Assembly: GCA_041736655.1 (NCBI GenBank)
Contig: JBGSTE010000311.1
Location: 1 to 38,444, forward strand
DNA length: 38,444 nucleotides
Direction: 5' to 3'
From: Phycisphaeraceae bacterium
Lineage (GTDB): Bacteria; Planctomycetota; Phycisphaerae; Phycisphaerales; Phycisphaeraceae
Under the pieces are notes generated by a model. The model was not told the DNA's origin and did not search any database. It was given only the letters and a program-made list of their open reading frames with translations. Positions 1 to 8,409 of the stretch are shown in pieces (the stretch's first letter is position 1; each line of letters opens with the position of its first letter). A program made the translations under genes and the position numbers.

Positions 1-2
1 TC

Positions 3-896
3 TGCCGGTCGCTGTTCAACTTCGCGATCAAGCGCCGACACATGCCGCCCTACGCCGAGAACCCGTTCTCGGTGATCGAGATCGACCGTATCCCGGTGGA
101 AGACGCGACGCCGTTCACCGACCTGTCACCCGAAAAGGAGCGAGCGTTCCTGGAGTCCTGCGATGACTGGCAGTTCCCGATCTTCGCGACGCTGTTACTG
201 ACCGGGCTGCGGCCGGGCGAGTTGACCCACCTGCTGCTGCCTCACGATGTCAATCTCAAAGAGCGGTATATCCAGGTGCGCAACAAACCCAAGCTCGGCT
301 GGCAGGTCAAGACGCGAAACGAACGACGAGTCCCGCTCATGCCTGAACTCGCGGAACTGCTTCGCATCCACATCGGCGATCGCCAGACCGGGCCGGTGTT
401 CCTGCGGCGGCGTTTTGATGAATCGATCAAGCCCGAGCTGGGCGGCCTCGGTGAAGCAGAATTAGAAGCAGAGTTGGCACGACGAGTCGACGGTGCGGCT
501 AGCGAAACGGCACCGATCACGCGGGCCAAGAAGGCTGCGCTCGCCCGGCAGGTTTGGTGCAATGCCGGTGCGATCAGGACCGACCGCATCCGCCTCGGGT
601 TCATGATGCTGACCAAACAGATCGGACTATCTGGCCTCACAGCCCCGAAACTGCTGCGGCACCTCTTCGCTACCGCTCTGCAAGACGGCAACGTGGACCC
701 GCTCATCCGCATGGAGCTGATGGGACACGTAGCTCACAAAGGAGATCGGTCTACGACGCCTTTGTCGATGACCGGCCACTACACGCACACACGTGAACAC
801 ACCTGGCGCAATCAGTTTGAAGCATCAATGCGACAGCGGCCGGGGATTGCCGTGCTGGCGAAAAGGTTGAACAGTGAAGTCAGGGTTGGAACCTAA
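3..896 (+). CDS. Tyrosine recombinase/integrase A (5' part outside window)
   Basis: Frame is open from base 3 (CRSLFNFAIKRRH-MPPY...). Catalytic motifs TGLRPGEL (Arg), VKTR (Lys), KLLRHLFA (K-x-x-R in place of H-x-x-R), LMGH and MTGHYTH (Tyr). Confidence 0.9.
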   Translation, partial: CRSLFNFAIKRRHMPPYAENPFSVIEIDRIPVEDATPFTDLSPEKERAFLESCDDWQFPIFATLLLTGLRPGELTHLLLPHDVNLKERYIQVRNKPKLGWQVKTRNERRVPLMPELAELLRIHIGDRQTGPVFLRRRFDESIKPELGGLGEAELEAELARRVDGAASETAPITRAKKAALARQVWCNAGAIRTDRIRLGFMMLTKQIGLSGLTAPKLLRHLFATALQDGNVDPLIRMELMGHVAHKGDRSTTPLSMTGHYTHTREHTWRNQFEASMRQRPGIAVLAKRLNSEVRVGT

Positions 897-918
897 ATTA
901 TTCAGACTTTTGCGCAAT
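891..918 (-). other. dif-like 11-6-11 putative tyrosine recombinase site, copy 1 (ATTGCGCAAAA-GTCTGA-ATAATTTAGGT)
   Basis: Arms match E. coli dif (GGTGCGCATAA / TTATGTTAAAT) at 8/11 and 6/11. It overlaps the integrase A stop codon and has three copies in the window. A promoter interpretation is also possible. Confidence 0.5.
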
Positions 919-934
919 AATAAGTGAGGGAAAC

Positions 935-1118
935 TTAGCTCTTGTCGGCACCATGTCCCGGAGCCAACAGCTTGAGTACGCCCGCATAGTGTTTGGCAGC
1001 TGCGGCTTTGTACTTCTCAACCAGCGTGTTCAGGTGCAGGTACACCATAATGACGTGCCGGGTCGGTGCCTGCCCCATCAGATAGGCGCGTTCTTCGAGC
1101 GAGAGACCGGCGCTGGCC
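935..1118 (-). pseudogene. Duplicated 3' end of tyrosine recombinase B
   Basis: Encodes AGLSLEERAYLMGQAPTRHVIMVYLH...GADKS, nearly identical to the C-terminus of 5606..7054. Confidence 0.9.
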
Positions 1119-1287
1119 GCAGGTAGCCGCGGCACTGTTTGAGCCCCGGCCGGTCGTCGCGGCTGCCGGAGGTCTTGTCCTCATGAATATTGAGTTCTTC
1201 TATACCCGCCGCGCGCAGAACGTCGCCTTGCAGGTCGGTGCTCTGCCGATCGTCGGCGGTCGATACCCTCACATAGCCAACCAGCAT
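1115..1287 (-). pseudogene. Truncated small serine recombinase (resolvase/invertase), N-terminal fragment
   Basis: MLVGYVRVSTADDRQSTDLQ...EDKTSGSRDDRPGLKQC..YLRP contains the catalytic Ser motif. It is cut at the repeat junction, before the expected GDTLVVWKLDRL segment. Confidence 0.85.
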
Positions 1288-1445
1288 GTCACGGAAATCC
1301 CCTCGGAGTGTGTTTCCGCGACAAAAGCACAGGCCGAGGAATCCGTCAAGGGTTTTCGTGAAAGGGACGGATGGGAATGGGCGAGATGTTCATGCAATCG
1401 GAAGGTGGCTGCATCCCTTAACGAAAAACACCTATTTGTCGGCAG
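1287..1445. promoter_or_regulatory. Putative res-site region upstream of the resolvase relic
   Basis: Inverted repeat TGTCACGGAAA (1287-1297) / TTTCCGCGACA (1313-1323), plus related TTTTCGTGAAAGGG / CCCTTAACGAAAA half-sites immediately upstream of a resolvase start. Confidence 0.5.
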
Positions 1446-1636
1446 CGATCATGCTGCAGTTTCACACCCGAGGTGCGATCTTAGTTGCTGGGACTCGATC
1501 AGAAGCGGGAACAGCTACGTGATCTACAACAATCATCCGCGAATGACTGCCCGTACTCCAAGAAAGACCCCCCACGGGATCGTCGTGCATTCCGACTGCC
1601 TTGAGCGGGGGTGCCGGGGGCGGCAGCCCCGGCATT

Positions 1637-2386
1637 TCAGGCTTGGCTGGTTGTGATCCCGTTCTTCGCATAAGCGAGTATGTCGATTGCGGGAACGGTC
1701 GCGATACTGCGTAGCTGGTCGATCAGCCGCAGCAGGAAAAGGGCCAGCGCGGCATTCGTGAGTTGCACATCAATGGCCGCCGAATCCGCCTCCGTGTACG
1801 TCACCTCGAACATGCCTTGCTGGGCCGAGCATCCGATGTCAAGGCGACCCTCTTTGGAAGTCGTGTTGATGGCCGACGTGAATGGCGAGCCAAACGGTGG
1901 GTTCCAATCGCTGTCCACCGTCAACAAGCCGCCGATGATGTCGTGGGGCTTCTTCGGCGGGTTCTTCCCCAAATTGGTATGAATCTCGATGCTCGTCCTG
2001 TGCAAGGCCCGCACGCTGGCGATCTTGTCGGCGGCGTACTTCACTTGATCCGCGTTCATGCCCTGCTTGACCTCGAAAACCGCGTAGACGCTTTCGGCGG
2101 GCACGTAGAGAGCATCGCCGTAGTTGAGTACGAACGGCGAATACTGCCGATCGTGGATCACGATGTCGATCTGGTCGCTGCACGCGCCCTGGGAGTCGAT
2201 AACGAACGCGCGGTTGACCTTGTAGCGTTTGGGCAGATGCTCATAGAGCATCTTGATCCACTGGCCTTCGGAAACGGTGCCCATCGTGCCGGTATGCCCG
2301 ACCGTGCGGCGCGTGATGCCCAGTTCGCACGCGAGCCGATCGTGCAGGGCTAGGAACAACTCATTGAGCGTCGGCTTACCGGCCAT
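1637..2386 (-). CDS. nucC: CBASS effector endonuclease NucC
   Basis: Motifs SEGQWIKML, SDQIDIVIHDRQYSPF, PAESVYAVFEVKQ and ASVRALHRTS closely match E. coli NucC. GGAGG RBS lies before ATG 2386. Confidence 0.95.
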   Translation of the reverse strand: MAGKPTLNELFLALHDRLACELGITRRTVGHTGTMGTVSEGQWIKMLYEHLPKRYKVNRAFVIDSQGACSDQIDIVIHDRQYSPFVLNYGDALYVPAESVYAVFEVKQGMNADQVKYAADKIASVRALHRTSIEIHTNLGKNPPKKPHDIIGGLLTVDSDWNPPFGSPFTSAINTTSKEGRLDIGCSAQQGMFEVTYTEADSAAIDVQLTNAALALFLLRLIDQLRSIATVPAIDILAYAKNGITTSQA

Positions 2387-3332
2387 GCTGGCCTCCAAGC
2401 GTTCCGGTCGCCGCTTGTTCCCGGAACGGCGGCGTTGGCTTCAATCCCTTCGCAATTTCAACCGCACGCGCACCGGAGACGGCACGCTCGGGGAAGGCAT
2501 CAAGCACCAGCGTCGGGATGAGGCGCTGGGTCAGGTCGGAGTAGGTAAAGCCGTAGGCGCGACCATCGGCCTCGCCCGTGGCGTCGGCGAGTTGGCCGAT
2601 TTCGCGGTCGGTGATGCCACTGCCCGCAAGACCGCCTTTGAGGACATGCAAGCGCTGCTCGCGGTTGGGACGCGCAAACTCGAACACGGCGGCGGCGCGG
2701 CGGCGGACAGCGGGGTCAATAGCATCTAAGCGATTGGTACACATGACGACGGCGACCGGAAGCCGCTCGGCGGCAAGGTCGTCGATGCCGCGAATCAGCG
2801 CGTTGACCCCGGCGCGGTCCTCGTGGTGCATTTGCGCCGCTTCGCGGGATTGGGCGAGCGCGTCGGCCTCGTCGATGAGAAGGATGATCCCGCGTCCGGC
2901 CTTGCCGTCGCCGCCTCTGGTCTTGCCGACGACCTCGCGTACCTGCTTGAACGCGCCGGAGATAAGCCGGGTCATCTCGCCGACCGCGCCGCTGCCGCGC
3001 GTGTTGAGGCTCAGGGCGTACAACTCAACCCGCACCTTGGCGAGTTTGGCGACCTGGTTTCCGAAGGAGCGGGCAAGCGCTGTCTTGCCTGTGCCGACAT
3101 CGCCCGCGAGGACGAAGAGTGGCGGACGTGAGTGGAAGTACTCCACGGCGGCGAGTTCGCCCTTGTGGTACTTCTTGTTCCAGTCGCGCAGTTGCCCGGG
3201 ATCGACGAGGAGGAGCGTTTCATTGACGAGCCGGGCTTTGTAGTCGTCCAATCCGACAAGCCGGTCGTAGTCAGCCTGCCCGCGTTGATCGGGGAGTGTG
3301 ACGACATCCTCGAAGACATCGGTGTGGTTCAC
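2376..3332 (-). CDS. cap6: CBASS TRIP13/Pch2-like AAA+ ATPase Cap6
   Basis: Walker A GDVGTGKT, Walker B LLIDEADAL, QMHHEDRAGVNALI and TNRLDAIDPAVRRR. The GTG start overlaps the HORMA stop (GTGA) and has a GGAGG RBS. Confidence 0.93.
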   Translation of the reverse strand: MNHTDVFEDVVTLPDQRGQADYDRLVGLDDYKARLVNETLLLVDPGQLRDWNKKYHKGELAAVEYFHSRPPLFVLAGDVGTGKTALARSFGNQVAKLAKVRVELYALSLNTRGSGAVGEMTRLISGAFKQVREVVGKTRGGDGKAGRGIILLIDEADALAQSREAAQMHHEDRAGVNALIRGIDDLAAERLPVAVVMCTNRLDAIDPAVRRRAAAVFEFARPNREQRLHVLKGGLAGSGITDREIGQLADATGEADGRAYGFTYSDLTQRLIPTLVLDAFPERAVSGARAVEIAKGLKPTPPFREQAATGTLGGQHGR

Positions 3333-3838
3333 GAGTTGCCTCCACACCCGGATCGGCCAACGCTGCCGCCACCCGACGAGTACGAGCGCTCCTGAGCCCA
3401 ACTGCCGGAGGAGGGTGTTGCTCCTCCTCCTGCGGTTCTCTTGACCTTGATCCCGGCTTCGTAGCGATCGCGTTCGACCTGTGACAGACTGGCGAATCGC
3501 GAATTTGTGACGAGCATCGACGACCAATGCGCGCCCGTAGTGTCCGCTCCTCGGCGTACCCGCCCCGAGCGGTCATCAGTCGCCGAGGATCCCAGTTGGG
3601 TCGCGGTGTACCTGTGCGCCACGACCCACGTGTCACCGCGCCTAAATCCATACTCGATGTAGTCCAGGTAGTCGTCGGCGAGATAGGAAACGAGCTCCTC
3701 GATAAGGTCGTTGAGATGCTCGTCCGTGGGCTTCCCGTATTCCTGCTGCATCTGTCGCAGGTCTGCCGCCACTTTGCCCGCGATGTAGCGGGCGTGGGTG
3801 CGCGACCAAGTTTCGGTTTTTGTATAACTCTGAGTCAT
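3329..3838 (-). CDS. cap7: CBASS bacterial HORMA domain protein Cap7
   Basis: [31 protein letters not shown] and SYSSGG match the E. coli MS115-1-type HORMA. It lies between the CD-NTase and TRIP13. Confidence 0.92.
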   Translation of the reverse strand: MTQSYTKTETWSRTHARYIAGKVAADLRQMQQEYGKPTDEHLNDLIEELVSYLADDYLDYIEYGFRRGDTWVVAHRYTATQLGSSATDDRSGRVRRGADTTGAHWSSMLVTNSRFASLSQVERDRYEAGIKVKRTAGGGATPSSGSWAQERSYSSGGGSVGRSGCGGNS

Positions 3839-3841
3839 GGA

Positions 3842-4831
3842 TTACCCCCTGAAAGACGAGCCGAGCACGAACCGCCACATTTCGACGGCATGCCCCTTGG
3901 TGGCGGCGGTGTGGGCCTCATTGAGCGCGTCCAGCGCGTCCTGTGCGGCCTCGACGATGAGTTTGCGATTCTGCTCCGTGTACTGCGACGCAACATTGTT
4001 CTTGGCGTTCACCGGGTCGAAGATCTCCATGATACCCGTCGAATTCGTGGGCAACTCGCCGGGTTGGTAGTAGTCCTTGAACGCGATCCGCTTCTTGAGC
4101 CCGGTCGAGACGATGTAGTTGAAGAATGCCTCCATGCCCTTGCGGTAGTCGGCGAAGCTCTGCCCGTTGTCGGCCAGGTGGGCGCAGATCAACTCGACCA
4201 TGAACGACTTGAACCGGAAGCTCGCATCCTTCGCCTTCTGCTCGGCGGCCCACCACTTGAGGAGGCGTACGACCTGGGCGAAGTGAATTTCCTGAGCCTT
4301 CTTGCGCTTGCGGACGAACTCTAGGTGCATCGGGATGCTGGTCATCAGGGTCGAGCCGTCATCCTGCGAGACGAGCAGCCCCCGGTCCTTGGGATCATTG
4401 TCGTAGAAGACCGGCACCACATCGATCTCGATCCCCGCCGTCTTGTACTCGATTCCGACAGAAAAAGTCTTTGGCTTAATCTGGTCCGCTGACATCTGCG
4501 GATACGCCTTGCGGAGTCGTTCGGCGATCCAGTTCAGCAACTTCGCGTCAACTTTCTTCTCGCCGTCGTAGGTGATGTAGAGCGCGACATCGACATCGCT
4601 GCACGTCTTGAGGGCCGTGCCCTTAGCCAGACTTCCCGAAAGGTACGACTTCGCAAGCCCGCAGGTTGGATGGTCCTTCATGTATCTCGCCAACTGCTCG
4701 CGGAGCGAGCCGACCTTCTCTCGTCGCTCCTTCGCGGTCGCGGCGTCAAGGTTGACGCGCTCCTCGCCAAAGCGGCGGATGTCGGCGTGGGCGATGGGTG
4801 GGTCGATGAGCGTGGACGTGGGGTTTGGCAT
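3842..4831 (-). CDS. cdnC: CBASS oligonucleotide cyclase (CD-NTase, CdnC-like)
   Basis: SGSLAKGTAL...DVDVA nucleotidyltransferase motif, DVVPV, TSIPMHLEF, FKSFMVELI, DPVNAKNNVA and GSSFRG match CdnC. Start placed at ATG 4831. Confidence 0.95.
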   Translation of the reverse strand: MPNPTSTLIDPPIAHADIRRFGEERVNLDAATAKERREKVGSLREQLARYMKDHPTCGLAKSYLSGSLAKGTALKTCSDVDVALYITYDGEKKVDAKLLNWIAERLRKAYPQMSADQIKPKTFSVGIEYKTAGIEIDVVPVFYDNDPKDRGLLVSQDDGSTLMTSIPMHLEFVRKRKKAQEIHFAQVVRLLKWWAAEQKAKDASFRFKSFMVELICAHLADNGQSFADYRKGMEAFFNYIVSTGLKKRIAFKDYYQPGELPTNSTGIMEIFDPVNAKNNVASQYTEQNRKLIVEAAQDALDALNEAHTAATKGHAVEMWRFVLGSSFRG

Positions 4832-5256
4832 ATTCCCTAAATTTAGACAAGGGGGATACCAGACTCTACACACGGATAGCACGGCCAAAAATGTGGCTTA
4901 TCGGGCTGGAAACGGCATGCAAACAATTCCCTCGTCCTGTCAAACACCTGCCAGTCCGTGAATATTGACTCACCGGACCGCCGAAACGGCAGGCGTGCGT
5001 ACCTACAACCGAGAGCCATCAAGGAGCGAGGGATACAGCGAAAGGTAGAAATATATCGGCTAGCGTGGATCGGCCGTCGTAATGATCTTGGGGCGACGGC
5101 CGGGTCGGGCCTGAAGACAATCTTTAACGCTCAAGTGATGCTGGATTGAAATTTCTCAGCGGTCCGTCACGCACGGACACTACGCCCCTTCTGCGGATGA
5201 GTGCACCCCGACGGCGAGCTTGGGGGATGTTTCGCGGTATTCACTTCCCGCAGCAA

Positions 5257-5550
5257 TCACCACTCGATTGCATCAACAACCACTGCCGCTGCGTCGCGGG
5301 CATACATTGATCGGTTGTCGCCGGTGCCGGTGACTGCTTCGAGAAGGCCAGGCGCGTCGTCGGTATAGAGGCTGCACTGGGTGCGGCCCCGGCTGACGGA
5401 CACGTAGAGCTGCTCGCGATTGGTGGCGGAGAAGCTCTCGGTGCTTTGGGCGATGATCACCTGACCGGCCTCGTCAGCGAGGATGATCTGGTTGCGGATG
5501 GCTTCCTGGGCTTTGGGATTAACCAGTTGCGACGTCAGGGTCTGGGTGTT
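5257..5550 (-). pseudogene. MobF/TrwC-TraI relaxase helicase-domain relic with internal deletion
   Basis: The minus-strand frame from 5550 reads NTQTLTSQLVNPKAQEAIRNQIILADEAGQV-IIAQSTESFSATNREQLYVSVSRGRTQCSLYTDD. The Walker B (DEAG) is fused directly to helicase motif VI (YVSVSRGR). Confidence 0.75.
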
Positions 5551-5789
5551 TCAGGGTTGGAACCTAAATTATTCAAACTTTTGCGCAATAATAAGTGAGG
5601 AAAACTTAGCTCTTGTCGGCACCATGTCCCGGAGCCAACAGCTTGAGTACGCCCGCATAGTGTTTGGCAGCTGCGGCTTTGTACTTCTCAACCAGCGTGT
5701 TCAGGTGCAGGTACACCATATTGACGTGCCGGGTCGGTGCCTGCCCCATCAGATAGGCGCGTTCTTCGAGCGAGAGACCGGCGTTGGCC
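5551..5789 (+). repeat. 239-bp direct repeat, copy 2 (partner 880..1118)
   Basis: See copy 1. This copy is contiguous with the intact integrase B. Confidence 0.95.
5562..5589 (-). other. dif-like 11-6-11 site, copy 2 (ATTGCGCAAAA-GTTTGA-ATAATTTAGGT)
   Basis: Arms are identical to copy 1, with one spacer difference. Confidence 0.5.
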
Positions 5790-7054
5790 ATCGTCGTGTT
5801 GAACAGGTGGCGGAAGTCCTTCAGGGTTGCTTGCTTTGGCCAGCCGAGCGTCTTGGCGATGCGTTTAAACTCGCCCTCGATCCGCTTGTAGGTCAGGCCG
5901 CCGGCATCGCAGATCACGGCTTCCCGCGCCTTCTCACGCCCTGCGGCGTCGACGGCTTGATGCTGACGGACACGATCGCGGTAAGCACCGGTCATCTGAT
6001 CCAGGCCGTGCCCAAGAAGAGGCGGCTTTTCTGTTCCCTCATACACGCCGCGCCGAGTGTAGATCAGCCCGACTGCCGTGGGATCGTCGCCGACAAGGAG
6101 TTTGCGGACCTCGGGCAACAGCGGCAGCGACTTGTCGCGGTGGCCCTTGGTGAGGTAATCCATATCCGGTATACAGTTGACGTGTAAATACTCGCTGGCC
6201 ACGTGTTCATGGCAGAGCAGGATCGGTTCAGAGGCGCGTAAGCCGTAGAGGACGATCGGCACAAACAGTCGCAGCTGGTACGGATCGCACGCGGCGATGA
6301 AATCCTCGGCCATGGCCATGGTGATCTCAGGCTCGCCAAGCGGGTCCACCGCGACCCGGCGGCGTGCAACCTCCTCGCGGAGAAACGGATTGCGAAAACC
6401 GTCGGGGAGTTTCGCGCCGCGGTGCGGGTCCGCGGCCCATTCGTACATCGCCCGCACCACATCCAGCACGTAGTTGACCGACTTGAGCGGCCGCTTTGTC
6501 CCCTGCTCCCGCCCGTTACCGGCGACGGTGAGCCGCTGAAGATAGACCGCGAAGTCAATCGCAAAAGCGCGGTCTACCCGGCTGACGCGCCGGTAGCGGC
6601 GGTCAAAATCGGCGTGTTCAGTAAAACCTCGATAGTGGTCTAGTGCAGAGCGGTACCGCATGACCGTGGCGACCGAGATCTGGCCAGCGTCGGCACGGCG
6701 CTGCTGATCGGCCAGATAGGCTTCAACGAGGCTAACGTGAAGTAGGTCCCGGGGAGCCACCCCGCCACGTCGGAAGGCCAGGAGCTTGGCGTCGATCTCC
6801 CTCGCCTGCGCGATGGCGTCGATCAGGTCGCCATCGACACGGTCGTTAAGCGTCTTGCCAGCGGATGGGTCCCACCACTGCAGGAGGTAGTGATCTGCCC
6901 GCTGGTAGATCCGCACTTTGTTGGGCGGTGTGATGCCTCTGGGGAACGCTGTTACCCGGACGGGGGCGTGCCGGGCGCTGTATTGCTTCGCCCAGTTTGA
7001 GGTTTTGGTGTCGGTATACATGATAAAAATGCCCTGCTCAAGGTGGGTTTCCAT
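5606..7054 (-). CDS. Tyrosine recombinase/integrase B
   Basis: N-terminal arm/core-binding region (TVMRYRSAL), then YGLRASE, LTKGHR, TLKDFRHLF, LMGQ and MVYLH. The start may be ATG 7021. Confidence 0.88.
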   Translation of the reverse strand: METHLEQGIFIMYTDTKTSNWAKQYSARHAPVRVTAFPRGITPPNKVRIYQRADHYLLQWWDPSAGKTLNDRVDGDLIDAIAQAREIDAKLLAFRRGGVAPRDLLHVSLVEAYLADQQRRADAGQISVATVMRYRSALDHYRGFTEHADFDRRYRRVSRVDRAFAIDFAVYLQRLTVAGNGREQGTKRPLKSVNYVLDVVRAMYEWAADPHRGAKLPDGFRNPFLREEVARRRVAVDPLGEPEITMAMAEDFIAACDPYQLRLFVPIVLYGLRASEPILLCHEHVASEYLHVNCIPDMDYLTKGHRDKSLPLLPEVRKLLVGDDPTAVGLIYTRRGVYEGTEKPPLLGHGLDQMTGAYRDRVRQHQAVDAAGREKAREAVICDAGGLTYKRIEGEFKRIAKTLGWPKQATLKDFRHLFNTTMANAGLSLEERAYLMGQAPTRHVNMVYLHLNTLVEKYKAAAAKHYAGVLKLLAPGHGADKS

Positions 7055-7141
7055 GAGCTAGGCACTTGCGCGCCGGAAAAAATTGGCCTGCTGCGGAAAG
7101 ACTTCAGGCTGACGGATACGATTTTCTAGGAGGTTTCCTAA

Positions 7142-8203
7142 ATGCAATCAGATCAAATCCATCTACTAATCACCCAGCCCGAGGTGTTAGCGACATTCAT
7201 GACCACCGGTACGTTGCCGGGAGCGGACCAGCGGCTACAGCGCGTCTACAGCTTCGACCTGCTCCACCAGCCTGTGGATCTCGGTCCTTGCCGGATCGAG
7301 CAATGGTGGATCGACCGCGGCAAGCTCTATCCGACCCGTAACCTGGATGCACCGATGTACGGCCCCATCCTCAACGCGTATTGGGACATTTGCCGCAGCG
7401 AATCCACGCAGGACGATCCTGAGGTCCAGGAGTCATTCTTGCTGGCGAAACTCCTGCCCCATATCCGCAGCCAGAAGGCGGCTCAGGTGTTCCTTGATTC
7501 GGTCACGCATCAAAGGGATGACTGGGCTTCGAAGAAGGAAGCTGCTGAAGAATTGGAAGCCATGCTCTCACAAAGCAAGAAACCGATGTCGACCGAGGAA
7601 TTCCACAGTCACACGGCTGATGTGCTTGGCCCGCCGCATTACGACGACGGAAGCCGGGATCTGTACGACGAGATGGCCGAACAGCTTCTGGGTCACGGTC
7701 GCGAGCTACTAAGTGCTTCGGATTCATACGCCGATGAAGCCGTCAAAGCTGTACGTAAGCGCTGGGAGGACTGGCTCACGAACATCGGGCGGCGTCACAG
7801 TAAGGAGCAACAAAAGAAAATACTCGACATTCTCTCTTATGAAAGCAAGGCCGCATTCCATCGGGCTTACTCGGCGGTGTGGACTAAGCTAATACCAGTG
7901 CTTGAAAAGTACCATGGACTGGACAAGCGAGGCACGCGATTTCATCGCCTCTGGCACACCGATCGTGTTCATGCTTGCCATGAGTATCCCAACCAGTACG
8001 CTCACCTCTTTCATGGGCATATCTTTGGCCTGCATCCCGCATCTGCGGCTTTCATGTCAACACCAACGGGAAAAAAACTCATTGGTGACTGCCTACTCGA
8101 TGACAGCCAGGAGACATATGAACTGCTACTCAATGGTCTCGATCTAGCGGTTTATCATTACATGTACGTCTACAATCAGTACCGTGAAGATCGCCGCAAG
8201 TAA
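7142..8203 (+). CDS. Hypothetical protein (353 aa), divergent from integrase B
   Basis: Long ORF with AGGAGG RBS. No recognisable family; His-rich C-terminal motif RLWH...HLFHGHIFGLHPA. Confidence 0.8.
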   Translation: MQSDQIHLLITQPEVLATFMTTGTLPGADQRLQRVYSFDLLHQPVDLGPCRIEQWWIDRGKLYPTRNLDAPMYGPILNAYWDICRSESTQDDPEVQESFLLAKLLPHIRSQKAAQVFLDSVTHQRDDWASKKEAAEELEAMLSQSKKPMSTEEFHSHTADVLGPPHYDDGSRDLYDEMAEQLLGHGRELLSASDSYADEAVKAVRKRWEDWLTNIGRRHSKEQQKKILDILSYESKAAFHRAYSAVWTKLIPVLEKYHGLDKRGTRFHRLWHTDRVHACHEYPNQYAHLFHGHIFGLHPASAAFMSTPTGKKLIGDCLLDDSQETYELLLNGLDLAVYHYMYVYNQYREDRRK

Positions 8204-8298
8204 TAACCAAAATTCGATCATGACCGGCTGAAGATTCTCCGGGTATCACACAATCAATCTGCGCGCGCAACTGCCTAATGGGCGTAAGGCGTGTTGCC

Positions 8299-8358
8299 TT
8301 ATCGCCGCTCATGGTGTTGCGTAACTCATAAGAAGCACACCATGTTCGAGCGCGATAA
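8299..8358. other. Imperfect 60-bp inverted repeat upstream of the serine integrase (att-like site or RNA hairpin)
   Basis: TTATCGCCGCTCATGGTGTTGC ... GCACACCATGTTCGAGCGCGATAA. Confidence 0.4.
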
Positions 8359-8409
8359 CCGCACCCACCCCAACTGGGCGCGCGATCCCCCGCAATAGGA
8401 GTTTCAACC

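Larger units (their letters stand above)
880..1118 (+). repeat. 239-bp direct repeat, copy 1 (partner 5551..5789)
   Basis: Manual alignment at offset 4671 shows 4 mismatches (905, 930, 1050, 1113). It contains the dif-like site and the 3' end of integrase B. Confidence 0.95.
880..5789. mobile_element. Direct-repeat-bounded 4.67-kb CBASS cargo cassette
   Basis: Bounded by the 239-bp repeats. The resolvase relic and the relaxase relic are both truncated at the repeat junctions. Confidence 0.7.

Noticed and set aside
891-918. The chromosomal dif site
   Set aside because: There are three copies, and the XerD-type arm matches only 6/11, although it is normally the most conserved arm.
1066-1656. 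196-aa + strand ORF
   Set aside because: It spans the repeat junction, the antisense of the resolvase relic and the res region, and has no protein-like features.
3333-3527. 65-aa N-terminal extension of Cap6 (and the 19-aa extension of CdnC to 4888)
   Set aside because: The Cap6 extension overlaps the HORMA gene, and GTG 3332 has an RBS and stop/start coupling. Recognisable CdnC similarity begins after Met 4831.
1637-4831. CBASS operon as the novel system
   Set aside because: It is a canonical CdnC-HORMA-TRIP13-NucC type III CBASS. Only its packaging in the cassette is unusual.
5483-6187. 234-aa + strand ORF and the many other antisense ORFs over CBASS, integrase, helicase and jet genes
   Set aside because: Shadow frames of GC-rich genes that have clear family motifs on the other strand or frame.
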